Below are positions 10,902-21,175 of a DNA stretch of 64,000 bases, one piece after another. The stretch is from NCBI GenBank assembly GCA_963817385.1, contig CAWFOM010000010.1, positions 192,001-256,000 of the forward strand, written 5' to 3'. The notes beneath the pieces were generated by a model. That model made no database searches. It was not told the DNA's origin and saw nothing but the letters and a program-made list of their open reading frames with translations. Source of the DNA: an uncultured delta proteobacterium (GTDB lineage Bacteria > Desulfobacterota > Syntrophia > Syntrophales > UBA5619). A program made the translations under genes and the position numbers. Position 1 is the stretch's first letter. Every line of letters starts with the position of its first letter.

Positions 10902-11017
10902 ACCGGAAGGGGCAAAAACCCTAACATATGGTGCGTCGATGAGTGCGTGGCGGGCGCCAATTGGATCTGCGGACATAAATCGGCAGCCCGTACGCAGAGC
11001 GAACAAGGAGGAAGATT

Positions 11018-13438
11018 ATGGCGTACGAAATCAAGAAAGCGGCCGTCTTGGGTGCGGGAGTTATGGGCGCCACAATTGCCGCCCATCTGACAAATGCAGG
11101 GATCGAATGCGATTTGCTGGATATCATTCCTTTTGAACTGACCGATGCCGATAAGGCGCAAGGATTAACGGAAAAGAGTCCCGCATGGCGGAACCGCTTC
11201 GCGGCAAACGGCCTGGCCGGTGTTTTGAAATCGAAACCCGCCGGCCTCTTCACCAAAAAGAATGCCTCGATGATCCGCGTGGGGAATTTTGAAGACAACC
11301 TCGTCTGGCTCGCCGATGTCGATTGGATCATCGAAGTCGTCATCGAGAACCTGAAGATCAAACAGGAACTCTTTGCCAAAGTTGAGAAGATAGTGAAATC
11401 CGATTGTATCGTAACGACAAATACTTCCGGAATACCCATCAAGGATATCACGGCCAATTTCGGGTCGAAACTGAAGGAACGTTTTCTCGGGACCCACTTC
11501 TTCAATCCGCCCCGCTATATGAAGCTGTTGGAAATCATACCGGGTACAGAGACAAGACCCGAGGTTGTGGCGTACATGACGCGGTTCTGCGAGCAGGTCC
11601 TGGGAAAAGGCGTTGTGATCTGCAAAGACGTCCCCAATTTCATCGGTAACCGAATCGGCTCGTTTGACATCTCCAACGCCATCCGCATCATGGTGGAAAA
11701 GAACCTGAAAATCGACGAGTTGGATGCAATTATCGGCAAGGCCCTGGGAAGGCCCGGGTCAGCCATCTTCGGGACGCTAGATCTGGTTGGCCTCGATACT
11801 GCACATCACGTCTCGACGAATCTGTATGCGGCGGTGCCGGATGATGAGATGCGGGAGATATTTGCCCCCAGCGAGTTGATGAAAAAGATGATGGAACTCA
11901 AGTGGCTCGGTAACAAGACAAAGCAGGGCTTTTATAAGCGGACGAAAGGTTCCGATGGCAAGAAGGGAAAGCTCGTCCTCGACTACCATACGATGGAATA
12001 CGTGCCGTCCGGAAAGCCACGGTTTACCTCCGTTGCGGATGCAAAGAAAAAAGCGGATGAAGGCGTCTCCGCTACGGTGAAGGTGATGTTCAACGGGAGC
12101 GATATAGCAGCCGAAGTGACACGTGAGTACCTCTGCAACAATTTTATTTACGCCGCCAACCGGATCCCGGAGATCAGCGAGACCATAGTTGGCATCGACA
12201 ACGCTATGAAGTGGGGCTACAACCACCAACTGGGTCCCTTCGAGACTTGGGATGCCGTCGGCGTGCGTGACGCTGTCGAGATCATGAGAAAGCTCAAGAA
12301 AAAGATCCCCAAGAAGATCGAGGAGATGCTCAAGAAAGGCTTTGAATCCTTCTATACGAAAAGAGAGGATGGCCTCTATTTTTATGATATCGAGAAGAAG
12401 GATTATGTAAAACTAGAAGCTAACCCCCGGATCATCCTCCTTCCCGATCTAAAGGAACAAAACAAGGTGGTCAGGAAGAACGCGAGCGCGACGCTTGTCG
12501 ATATCGGCGACGGTGTTGCGTGCCTGGAATTCCACTCCAAGATGAACGCCGTCGACCCCGGGATGATCGAGATGATCCACGAGAGCTGCTCTATCGTGGA
12601 GAAGGATTTCGTCGGGATGGTTGTCGGAAACCATGGGACGAATTTCTCCGTAGGGGCGAACATTTTTCAGGTGCTCATCGGCATCCAGCGGGGGGATTGG
12701 GACATCATCGAGAAGGGGATCGTGGCCTTACAGTCGGCCAACATGCGGATGAAGTACCTCTCTAAACCCGTGGTCAGCGCCCCGGCGGGCATGGCGCTCG
12801 GCGGCGGCTGCGAGATGGCGATGCACGCGGCAAAGTGCCAGCCCTGCGGCGAGACCTACATCGGCCTCGTCGAGGTCGGGGTGGGCGTTATCCCTGCCGG
12901 AGGCGGCTGCAAGGAGTTGATGGTGCGCATGACGGAAGGCCTGCCCGACGGAGTCATCGATGCCGGCATGAACCTTCAGCAGCTTTATGCCAAGGCCTTC
13001 GAGAACATCGCCATGGCCAAAGTGGCGACGAGTGCCGTCGAGGGGATGGAACTCGGTTACATCCGTAAGACGGAAAACATCAGCCTTGGCAGGGATCAGC
13101 AGCTCTGGGATGCCAAGCAAGTGGTCTTGGGACTTGATAAATTCTACAGGAAACCGAAACCGGTACTCATCCCGGTCATGGGCGAGAATTTCCGCGGGAT
13201 GGCCGAGGCGGTCCTCTACAACATGCGGCACGGCAACTTTGCGACGGATTACGATCTCCATGTCGCCCGAAAAGTCGCCCATATCCTCTCCGGCGGCGAC
13301 TGCGCCGAAGGGACGCTGGTGACCGAAGAGGAAATCCTCGCGCTCGAACGGGAAGCCTTCCTGAGCCTCTGCGGAGAGAAGAGAACACAGGACCGGATCA
13401 TGTATATGCTCAATACCGGTAAGCCGTTGCGTAATTAA
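11018..13438 (+). CDS. fadN: 3-hydroxyacyl-CoA dehydrogenase/enoyl-CoA hydratase fusion (FadN-type)
   Basis: VLGAGVMG, TNTSGIPI, GTHFFNPPRYM, C-terminal crotonase ALGGGCE, GLVEVGVG. Confidence 0.92.
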   Translation: MAYEIKKAAVLGAGVMGATIAAHLTNAGIECDLLDIIPFELTDADKAQGLTEKSPAWRNRFAANGLAGVLKSKPAGLFTKKNASMIRVGNFEDNLVWLADVDWIIEVVIENLKIKQELFAKVEKIVKSDCIVTTNTSGIPIKDITANFGSKLKERFLGTHFFNPPRYMKLLEIIPGTETRPEVVAYMTRFCEQVLGKGVVICKDVPNFIGNRIGSFDISNAIRIMVEKNLKIDELDAIIGKALGRPGSAIFGTLDLVGLDTAHHVSTNLYAAVPDDEMREIFAPSELMKKMMELKWLGNKTKQGFYKRTKGSDGKKGKLVLDYHTMEYVPSGKPRFTSVADAKKKADEGVSATVKVMFNGSDIAAEVTREYLCNNFIYAANRIPEISETIVGIDNAMKWGYNHQLGPFETWDAVGVRDAVEIMRKLKKKIPKKIEEMLKKGFESFYTKREDGLYFYDIEKKDYVKLEANPRIILLPDLKEQNKVVRKNASATLVDIGDGVACLEFHSKMNAVDPGMIEMIHESCSIVEKDFVGMVVGNHGTNFSVGANIFQVLIGIQRGDWDIIEKGIVALQSANMRMKYLSKPVVSAPAGMALGGGCEMAMHAAKCQPCGETYIGLVEVGVGVIPAGGGCKELMVRMTEGLPDGVIDAGMNLQQLYAKAFENIAMAKVATSAVEGMELGYIRKTENISLGRDQQLWDAKQVVLGLDKFYRKPKPVLIPVMGENFRGMAEAVLYNMRHGNFATDYDLHVARKVAHILSGGDCAEGTLVTEEEILALEREAFLSLCGEKRTQDRIMYMLNTGKPLRN

Positions 13439-13513
13439 CCGGGACGGAGGGCGGCGGCCTGGAGCGAGGAATGTGAACGCCGCCTATCCGGGCCTTTGTA
13501 AAGGAGGAATACC

Positions 13514-14710
13514 ATGAGTGATGCTGTGATTGTCAAAGCGGTCAGAAGTCCCGGCGGGCGGTATAAAAGGGGCGGACTTGCAGCCACGAGGGGGGATGAG
13601 ATCGGGATCCAGGTCATGAAGGGCCTTCTGGCCCGCGTTCCCGAACTCAAACCGGAGGATGTGGATGATGTGATCGTCGGATGTTCCTTTCCCGAGGCTG
13701 AGCAGGGGGTGAATCTCGGCCGGATTATCGCCATGGGTGCCGGCCTGCCGATCACGACCTCCGGGATGACGATCAACCGGTTCTGCTCTTCCGGCCTCCA
13801 GTCGATCGCCGATGCTACCGCCAAGATCCGTGCGGGATGGTCCGAGGTGATGATCGCCGGTGGGTGCGAAACCATGTCCCACATCCCGATGGGAGGGAAC
13901 ACCGCCCGCCCCAACCCTGACTGGGCCTTCGACGGGTCTATGCCCATGGTATACATTTCCATGGGTGTGACAGCCGAGAATGTGGCCGCCACCTACAATG
14001 TTTCTCGCGAAGACATGGACAAGTTCGGCATGGAGAGCAACCGCAGGGCATACGAGGCGATCAAGGCGGGAAAGTTCAAAGAAGAGATCGTTCCGATTTC
14101 GGCCTACCGGTACAAGGTCCTCAAGAACGGCAAGCGCGTGCGGGATAAGGTGGTCTTCGATACGGATGACGGTGTGAGATGGCCGACCAAGCTGGAAGAG
14201 ATGGCAAAATTGAAATCCCCATTCAAGCAAGGGGGGAACGTCACCGCGGCAAACTCCTCGCAGATGACGGACGGGGCAGCCTTCTGCCTGCTGATGACTG
14301 CGGAAAAGGCGAAGGCCATCGGTGTCCGGCCGATTGCCAGACTTGCCTACTTCGCCGTTGCGGGTTGCAAGGCGGAGGAGATGGGCGTCGGACCGGCATA
14401 TGCGATTCCCAAGGTCCTGAAGATGGCGGGGCTCACAACGAAGGATATCGATGTGTTCGAGATCAACGAGGCCTTTGCCTCGCAGGCCCTCTATTCGATT
14501 CGGGCGATCAGGATCGAGGATCGGCTTATGGCTGGGGATATCAATCCCAATGGCGGCGCCATTGCCCTCGGACATCCCCTAGGGTGCACAGGCGCAAAAC
14601 TGACTGCCCAGCTCCTCCATGAGCTAAAGCGGCGGAAGGTGAAAAGAGGAGTTGTCTCCATGTGTATCGGTGGCGGAATGGGTGCTGCGGGAATCTATGA
14701 AATGCTGTAG
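13514..14710 (+). CDS. fadA: Acetyl-CoA C-acyltransferase (thiolase)
   Basis: NRFCSSGLQ, NEAFASQ, GAIALGHPLG, SMCIGGGMG. Confidence 0.95.
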   Translation: MSDAVIVKAVRSPGGRYKRGGLAATRGDEIGIQVMKGLLARVPELKPEDVDDVIVGCSFPEAEQGVNLGRIIAMGAGLPITTSGMTINRFCSSGLQSIADATAKIRAGWSEVMIAGGCETMSHIPMGGNTARPNPDWAFDGSMPMVYISMGVTAENVAATYNVSREDMDKFGMESNRRAYEAIKAGKFKEEIVPISAYRYKVLKNGKRVRDKVVFDTDDGVRWPTKLEEMAKLKSPFKQGGNVTAANSSQMTDGAAFCLLMTAEKAKAIGVRPIARLAYFAVAGCKAEEMGVGPAYAIPKVLKMAGLTTKDIDVFEINEAFASQALYSIRAIRIEDRLMAGDINPNGGAIALGHPLGCTGAKLTAQLLHELKRRKVKRGVVSMCIGGGMGAAGIYEML

Positions 14711-14809
14711 GAAAATGCGCAACCTGCTCTCCTGATGAAGATGAAGCGGAATCTATCATGTTCACGTTCAAGCTGAGTCAGCGCTCCCATGTACGCCGTA
14801 AACCGAACC

Positions 14810-14843
14810 GAAAAAGCCATGGTCGAAAGATCATGGCTTTTTC
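14810..14843 (+). terminator. Intrinsic (bidirectional-type) terminator hairpin
   Basis: GAAAAAGCCATGGTC-GAAA-GATCATGGCTTTTTC downstream of the thiolase. Confidence 0.8.
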
Positions 14844-15480
14844 TCTTTAGATGATGTAGCCGGGTTGATCGAAAAAAGAAAGAAAGATGCGTGCTTTTTA
14901 ATGCCTTTCGTTCTTGTCGAACCTTACGTATATATTGCAACTAACCGAAGATACATATCTTTTTTGAAGAGACGCTTTTTTTGATCTGGGGGATCGGGAG
15001 TTTACCACCACAACATAAGAATGTATCGGGTTTAGCAGATGATTTGTTTAGACCGGATCATCTCGGAAACGGCACGAGCCCTCTCGCTCAAGGGGACGGG
15101 TCTGCTCTGCCATTTACCCAACCTTCTCCTTCCTCTCTGTTGGGAAGCAATGGTCACCCGTTGTTTGGAAAACCAATTCTACTCAATTACAGTCAACCGG
15201 ATAGGGACGGAAATCCGGGGCAATAAATTTCTTTATTTCACCGGAAAAAGCCAAATCACGGGACCGGATGGTTCGACCCTCAATCGAGCAGATGAGACCT
15301 CGGAAAAGTCGGTGTGGCCGATATGGATAGAGAGCGGGTACGTGAAAAGGCAATCAAACCTTTCAACGTTCTATCCTGCAGCAGAAGGACCGAATATTAT
15401 GCTGAATTGATGAAACCAACACATCCATGATTTTTCTCTTGAAAAGGAGAGTACGTTAGGATATAGGTTACGCCACTTGT

Positions 15481-15555
15481 GGGCGGTTAACTCAGCGGGA
15501 GAGTGCTACCTTCACACGGTAGAAGTCACTGGTTCAATCCCAGTACCGCCTACCA
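15481..15555 (+). tRNA. tRNA-Val (anticodon CAC)
   Basis: GGGCGGT acceptor, anticodon arm CTACC-TTCACAC-GGTAG, GGTTCAATCC T-loop, 3' CCA. Confidence 0.95.
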
Positions 15556-15646
15556 TGAAAATCAAGGGGGAGATACGGTAGGTATCGTATCCCTATTTTT
15601 ATAGTACCATTCTATTTCTGACACGTAACGGCGAAACAAAAACTCC

Positions 15647-15675
15647 TTGACATGCACGACCGCTTTTCCTATCCT
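15647..15675 (+). promoter_or_regulatory. sigma70 promoter upstream of PGK-like gene
   Basis: TTGACA, 17 bp spacer, TATCCT. Confidence 0.6.
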
Positions 15676-15776
15676 CGAATCATCGATACACAACTTATTG
15701 TCAGATCAGTTACACAATGTATGACATGAAGAATTGAGCACGATTGCAATAGCTCCCTTTGAATCGCTTCGGGTTG

Positions 15777-15857
15777 TATCCCCCGCAGCTTGCTGCGAGT
15801 CGCATCACGGAACTCAGATTAATGCCCGCTCTTTGCGGCGGGGGCGGGCGTTTTATT
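15777..15857. repeat. REP/MITE-like palindromic element
   Basis: CCCCGCAGCTTGCTGCG core plus a second GC hairpin (GCCCGC..GCGGGC); shares its core with the palindrome at 48788-48821. Confidence 0.5.
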
Positions 15858-15933
15858 AAAACGATTGGTAAATCTGCCTGATTTAGCGAACAGATATCGA
15901 AAAGGTCAGGTCGACGGTAGGGGAGGCTTTAAT

Positions 15934-17337
15934 ATGGATATAAACTGTTTCACCAAGAAACTTGCTCACATTATTGCTAAGGATACTCCACTAAACAATA
16001 TTCCTCTTGAAGATCTCCTTGCTGCAATTCCTCGCATTGATCAGCTAACAGATGTTCCTGAAGGCCACGTTGTTTTGATCCGGTCTGATCTCGATACCCC
16101 CATTAAGAATAATGAAGTAGAAGACATAGCTCGCTTGGAATCAATCACAAAGACCGTCGAATATTCTTTATCAAGAAACTGGACAATCATTTTGTTTGGT
16201 CATATAGGACGAGATAAAAAAAATACACTGAAGCCCGTATGCAGTGCATTGGGTACTCTTCTGAAAAAAGACATTAAATTTATAGCTGATTGGATAGATG
16301 AACAATCGTATTGTTTAAAGCAGGAAGCGATAGATCGCATTCGATCTGCCAAGCCAGGCAGCATTTTTATGTTGGAGAATGCGAGAAAATATCAAATTGA
16401 ATGTGCACTTTGGAAGGCAGATAACGGCACATTCCGTGACATGAGTAAAAAGATGTATAGACTGAGCGAAGATGTAGTTACAAGACTTTCTGATGTCGAA
16501 GTTAACGAATCAATTGCCGCTTCAAACCTGGACTATTCCTCCTGTGTGCTCCCCCTGTTTATGAAAAAGACTGGACTGGGATTTTTTATTGATAGTGAAA
16601 TGAAGACGCATATTAAAAAAGTGCGAGAAGCCGACTTTGTTGTCTTCAGCGGACTTAAAATTGACAAATTGGATGATTTGCAAGGGATAATAGAACGTGA
16701 CCATTTGAGAAAAATAATATCTGCAGGATCTTTGGCGATGGCGTTAAAAAAGGCTGCTGCACAATTGGCGGGAAAAGACTTTTGTATAGGCTTGGCTGAA
16801 AACGATAAAACCCAAAAATATTTTATTGACAACAAACGCATAGAACAAGCGAAGCATATTATTCAAAAATGTCGCGAGAAATCCATCGAATTGATTTTAC
16901 CAGTCGATTTTATACTTGATAATGGTTTAGTATCAAAGGAAATACCATCGGATAGAGCTCAAATGGATATAGGACCGGAAACGGTACAAATATTTAAAAT
17001 GGTTCTTTACAATTATATCAAAGAGCGTGGATCATCTTCACAACGATATGTGTTTTTTTACAACGGGGTATTTGGGAAATTTGAAGACCCTCGTTATGAA
17101 AATGGAACAAGGGAGTTTATAAGCGTATTGAAGGATCTTACTCATTCTGGTATAGACACTTATGTAGGTGGAGGTGAGGGAAGATTAGCCCTGTTGAAAT
17201 ATGGTACTTTAGATGACGTTACTCATTCGTTTACCAGTGGAGGAACAGTATTAAAATCACTTACGAATAATCACATCGGTTATTTAAAATCATTATATTT
17301 GCAAAACTATGCGGACCCTAACATACTTGGAAAATGA
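15934..17337 (+). CDS. pgk: Phosphoglycerate kinase family protein, divergent
   Basis: RSDLDTP, GHIGR, LENAR, LPVDF, DIGPET, NGVFGKFE, VGGGEG, FTSGG; GGAGG RBS before ATG 15934; AT-rich. Confidence 0.8.
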   Translation: MDINCFTKKLAHIIAKDTPLNNIPLEDLLAAIPRIDQLTDVPEGHVVLIRSDLDTPIKNNEVEDIARLESITKTVEYSLSRNWTIILFGHIGRDKKNTLKPVCSALGTLLKKDIKFIADWIDEQSYCLKQEAIDRIRSAKPGSIFMLENARKYQIECALWKADNGTFRDMSKKMYRLSEDVVTRLSDVEVNESIAASNLDYSSCVLPLFMKKTGLGFFIDSEMKTHIKKVREADFVVFSGLKIDKLDDLQGIIERDHLRKIISAGSLAMALKKAAAQLAGKDFCIGLAENDKTQKYFIDNKRIEQAKHIIQKCREKSIELILPVDFILDNGLVSKEIPSDRAQMDIGPETVQIFKMVLYNYIKERGSSSQRYVFFYNGVFGKFEDPRYENGTREFISVLKDLTHSGIDTYVGGGEGRLALLKYGTLDDVTHSFTSGGTVLKSLTNNHIGYLKSLYLQNYADPNILGK

Positions 17338-17435
17338 ATGAGTGAGTGAATGAAACTCCTCTCGTTTAACCGATAACGCCTTCCGTAAGTCATCCACGGG
17401 TAGATCTCATCTACAGAAAAGCAGGTTATGTAGCA

Positions 17436-19400
17436 ATGGGTTCGACCTCATCGACAAACAGAGAGATCAGTTGTAGGATCACCCGTACTTTGATTATGTA
17501 TGTCCGGGAGATGAACGGGTCGCTTGGGAACCTATTGACCGGTCTGGAACTGGACGAAGAATACCTTACTGATACGAACAATTGGATCTCACATGAATTT
17601 TTGCATATCCTGTATGCACGAATGATCGACATTCTCGGCGATAAAAATGCCGTGTACAAGATGACGCTGGCGTCAAAACGATTTCAATCCCTGGGCCTTC
17701 TGGACTGGATTGCCCGATTACTGGGACATCCGAAGTTAATCTATATGCAAGCCCCCAAGTACAATAAGCTGCTCAAGACGAACGGAGATGTCTTTATCCA
17801 TGATTCGGGAGAGTCTTGGATGGTTCTAGAAGATCGGTATCATAACAGCTTCCAGAAAACCCGCCACGATTGCGACTACACCCGGGGAGTTCTCGCCGGT
17901 ATTCCAACAATATTCGATATGCCCCTCGCACGCGTCGTGGAGATCGAATGCCAAGTTGCACCCCAAGTTTACGGAGAGAGGATCTGGCCGGATAAGCCCT
18001 CATACGGTAGCAGGGGGTGTCTTTACCGGATCGAATGGGAATCTAAAAAACGACCTCATATCTGGAAACGCATATTTCAACGGTACAGTGTCTATCGAAA
18101 GGCCATTAATGATCTACAAGAAGCTAATCAAATGATCCAGGAAAAATATGATGAAGTAAAAAAAATGGCAATCGCACTGGAAACCACCAACCAAGAGCTC
18201 ACCGAGTCAAAGCATCAGTTGGAAAACTACATGGCTCAGTTGAAGGCCTCAGAGCTTAGATACCGGCTTCTGGCAGAAAATGTGACCGATACGATCTGGA
18301 CAATGAGCTTGGACCCTCTCCGTTTTACTTATGTCAGTCCTTCGGTAGAGCGAATGCGTGGCTATTCGGTGGAAGAGGCTATGGCAATGCCTCTGGAAAA
18401 GACCTTGACACAGGTATCGTTGGAAAGAGTTTCAAAAGCGCTCGAAGAAGAACTTGCCAGAGAGACCGCTGGAAACTTTGACCCGAACAGATCAAAGACC
18501 TTTGAAGTCGAGCAATACTGTAAGGGAGGATCAAGCAGTTGGGCTGAGGTTACAACATCATTTTTACGCGATGAAGAAGGTAAGGCCGTGGGCCTGTTGG
18601 GAGTCACTCGTGATATCTCAGAGCGGAAACGCGCCGATCAGCTTTATCAAGCCAAAGTAGCAGCGGATGCTTCAAACACCGCAAAGAGCGAATTTCTTTC
18701 TCACATGAGCCATGAACTGAGAACGCCATTGAACCATATCATGGGTTTTACTGAGTTGATTTTAGGAAGAAATTTCGGAGATTTGAATGAAACGCAGGAA
18801 GAGTATCTCAAAGACGTTTATCAAAGCAGTCAGCACTTACTCTCTTTGGTCAATGAGATCCTCGATGTATCAAAAATTGAGGCAGGCAAGCTCGAGCTAA
18901 AAAAATCTAAAATAAACTTAAAACAACTACTGGAACAGAGCCTCTCGGTCATAGATAAAGCCGTACATCGAAAGATCCATCTGAAGACAAGCATCAATCA
19001 AATTCCGGATACAATAATAGCCGACGAACTCCGATTAAAACAGATCATTTACAACCTGTTGTCAAATGCCGTGAAGTTTACCGAAGATGACGGGGAAATT
19101 TGCCTGATTGCCCGAAATACGACGGAGACCGAAGCAGGCGTTCCATCGGATTCTGTAGCCATCCGAAAAGAGGTGGTGATAAGCGTCGTTGATACCGGTA
19201 TCGGCATTCGAAAAGAGGACATTGAAAAAATATTCGAACCCTTTTCCCAGTTGGAAAGTTCATTAAGTCGAAGATATCACGGTACCGGGTTAGGCCTAGG
19301 CCTAACCCGGAGCCTCGTTGAAATGCATGGTGGCAGGATATGGGCAGAAAGTGACGGCCCCGGGAAGGGATCAGCATTTCGATTCACATTGCCGATTTAG
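17436..19400 (+). CDS. Cytoplasmic sensor histidine kinase (V4R-like N-terminus, coiled coil, PAS, HisKA, HATPase)
   Basis: SHELRTPLN H-box, NLLSNAVKFT, DTGIGI, GTGLGL; PAS YVSPSVERMRGY..VTRDISERK. Confidence 0.92.
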   Translation: MGSTSSTNREISCRITRTLIMYVREMNGSLGNLLTGLELDEEYLTDTNNWISHEFLHILYARMIDILGDKNAVYKMTLASKRFQSLGLLDWIARLLGHPKLIYMQAPKYNKLLKTNGDVFIHDSGESWMVLEDRYHNSFQKTRHDCDYTRGVLAGIPTIFDMPLARVVEIECQVAPQVYGERIWPDKPSYGSRGCLYRIEWESKKRPHIWKRIFQRYSVYRKAINDLQEANQMIQEKYDEVKKMAIALETTNQELTESKHQLENYMAQLKASELRYRLLAENVTDTIWTMSLDPLRFTYVSPSVERMRGYSVEEAMAMPLEKTLTQVSLERVSKALEEELARETAGNFDPNRSKTFEVEQYCKGGSSSWAEVTTSFLRDEEGKAVGLLGVTRDISERKRADQLYQAKVAADASNTAKSEFLSHMSHELRTPLNHIMGFTELILGRNFGDLNETQEEYLKDVYQSSQHLLSLVNEILDVSKIEAGKLELKKSKINLKQLLEQSLSVIDKAVHRKIHLKTSINQIPDTIIADELRLKQIIYNLLSNAVKFTEDDGEICLIARNTTETEAGVPSDSVAIRKEVVISVVDTGIGIRKEDIEKIFEPFSQLESSLSRRYHGTGLGLGLTRSLVEMHGGRIWAESDGPGKGSAFRFTLPI

Positions 19401-19511
19401 CGATAAGCTCGAAATTACCGAAGGGAGAAGTGTTCCGTATAATCTTGTTATTTCCCTAGTATTTTAGTATTGATCGCTACTGAAGGTACAACTGAAACAT
19501 AAGGGTTGGCC

Positions 19512-19919
19512 ATGGAAGAAAAAACTATTCTGGTAATCGAAGACAACGAAATGAACATGAAACTCATGAGGGCTGTTCTCCGGGCGGGCAAGTATCGGAT
19601 GCTGGAAGCTCCTGACGCAGAAACCGGACTTTGCTTAGTGCGAGAGCACCATCCAGATCTTATTCTTATGGATATACAGCTTCCCTCTATGGATGGTTTG
19701 TGTGCAACCAAAATCATTAAAGCAGATCCCAACTTAAAGGATATTCCCATATTTGCCCTAACCGGGTTTGCGATGGAAAGCGATAAAGAGAAGGCCATGG
19801 ATATCGGGCTTGCGGGTTATATTGTTAAGCCCTTTTCTGTTAAAATGCTACTCGAGACTCTTGGAAATCATTTCAACTACCATACGATGGAGAAAAGACA
19901 CGTCGATCATAAAACTTAA
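19512..19919 (+). CDS. Single-domain response regulator (DivK/CheY-like)
   Basis: ILVIEDN, LILMDIQLPSMDG, ALTG, YIVKPF. Confidence 0.92.
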   Translation: MEEKTILVIEDNEMNMKLMRAVLRAGKYRMLEAPDAETGLCLVREHHPDLILMDIQLPSMDGLCATKIIKADPNLKDIPIFALTGFAMESDKEKAMDIGLAGYIVKPFSVKMLLETLGNHFNYHTMEKRHVDHKT

Positions 19920-19968
19920 ACAATCAAAGGGGTTGCATAATCAATCATTTCATATATCGGTCTTAAAT

Positions 19969-20637
19969 TTAAGCACTGATGTTCCGCCAGCGTTCGGATG
20001 CGATATCCGCAACACAATCGGTGGGGGCTCTCTGCAGGATACCCATTGTCCGGACCATCGGAAGTTCCCGGAATAGACCGGAAGCAAGGGCCAACTGGTA
20101 GATGCAGCGGGGAGCCTGACCTCCCAATGCAGGATTTAAAAAAACATCGTGGACGATAAGATAACCGCCCGAGAGGAGATATGATATCCAACAGTTGTAA
20201 TCGGTATATACCGTCTCAAAGGAGTGGCCACCGTCGATAAAGATCAGACTGAGCGGGGTTCTCCAGAAACGTGCAGCGACATCGGACCGCGAGACGATAG
20301 GAACGACAGTATCGTCAAGGGACAGCTCTTGGAGGGTCTTTCGGAAAAAGGGGAATGTGTCTATCCGGCCCGTTGCCGGATCCAAGAGTTCAGGGTCATA
20401 ATATTCTCCACCAGGCTGCTGCTCTTCAGATCCCTGGTGATGATCGATGGAAAAGAGGATTCCTCCTGCTTCCTGGCACCCTAGCCCCAAATAGGCCGAA
20501 GAACGGCCACAGTAACTGCCTATTTCCAGACAAGGACCTTGGCGGGCAGCTTCTCGCGCCAGTTCATACAGTCGGGCTGCCTCATCGTCAGCCATGAATC
20601 CTTTAAACGTCCTTTCCTTCAATTTATTGACATCCAT
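19969..20637 (-). CDS. Class I SAM-dependent methyltransferase (Methyltransf_24-like)
   Basis: KGFM..DE, LEIGSYCGRS, SIDHHQGSEEQQ, FIDGGHS, HDVF. Confidence 0.85.
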   Translation of the reverse strand: MDVNKLKERTFKGFMADDEAARLYELAREAARQGPCLEIGSYCGRSSAYLGLGCQEAGGILFSIDHHQGSEEQQPGGEYYDPELLDPATGRIDTFPFFRKTLQELSLDDTVVPIVSRSDVAARFWRTPLSLIFIDGGHSFETVYTDYNCWISYLLSGGYLIVHDVFLNPALGGQAPRCIYQLALASGLFRELPMVRTMGILQRAPTDCVADIASERWRNISA

Positions 20638-21175
20638 TATCCAGTACCCCTCGGTATTCCAGCGGGACGACTGCATTTATGTACATATATATATACAATC
20701 CCCCCCTGCAAAAGGCAAGGATGATGATCTGATGAGTGTAGAACAGCCAGATCCGTCACCCTGATGCTTGGCATTCGGAAGAACGAACCGGCTAGATACA
20801 ACTCTTGTCAATGGAACCATAGAACCACGAATGGAGGCAAAGCACAGGCGGTCGGACAATGCGAGATGGACTGCGTACAGAAGGTGCTGGTGGATATACC
20901 CACCAGCTTGGAAGCACCTACCATAATTCTTCCCGCGATGCGTGAATGAAGAGTCCCTTGCTTACCTAGCCTCAGCGGCTCTTGCAAACAACCGCCTCAT
21001 ACACGAACTCGGTAGTCTGAGGAATCAATTTTCTCGGATGATGAAATGAAAGAACTACACATTGCCATCTGGTTTCATGAAGCAGGAAGACGGGAGAGTT
21101 GTCGCAGTGGACGTGAAAACGGGTCGGAAGCAGCATTGATGTGTTGATAATGAATAGAATCGGATATATAATGAT

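Noticed and set aside
14981..15410. ORFs of 81 and 123 aa upstream of tRNA-Val
   Set aside because: No motifs or RBS and overlapping frames; likely non-coding.
20638..20655. ATCCAGTACCCC as attR copy of the tRNA-Val 3' end
   Set aside because: The match is short and gapped; expected by chance.
20700..21170. Possible ncRNA (6S-like) or small ORFs in the long intergenic region
   Set aside because: No recognisable conserved motif or long stem; it would need an Rfam/Infernal scan.
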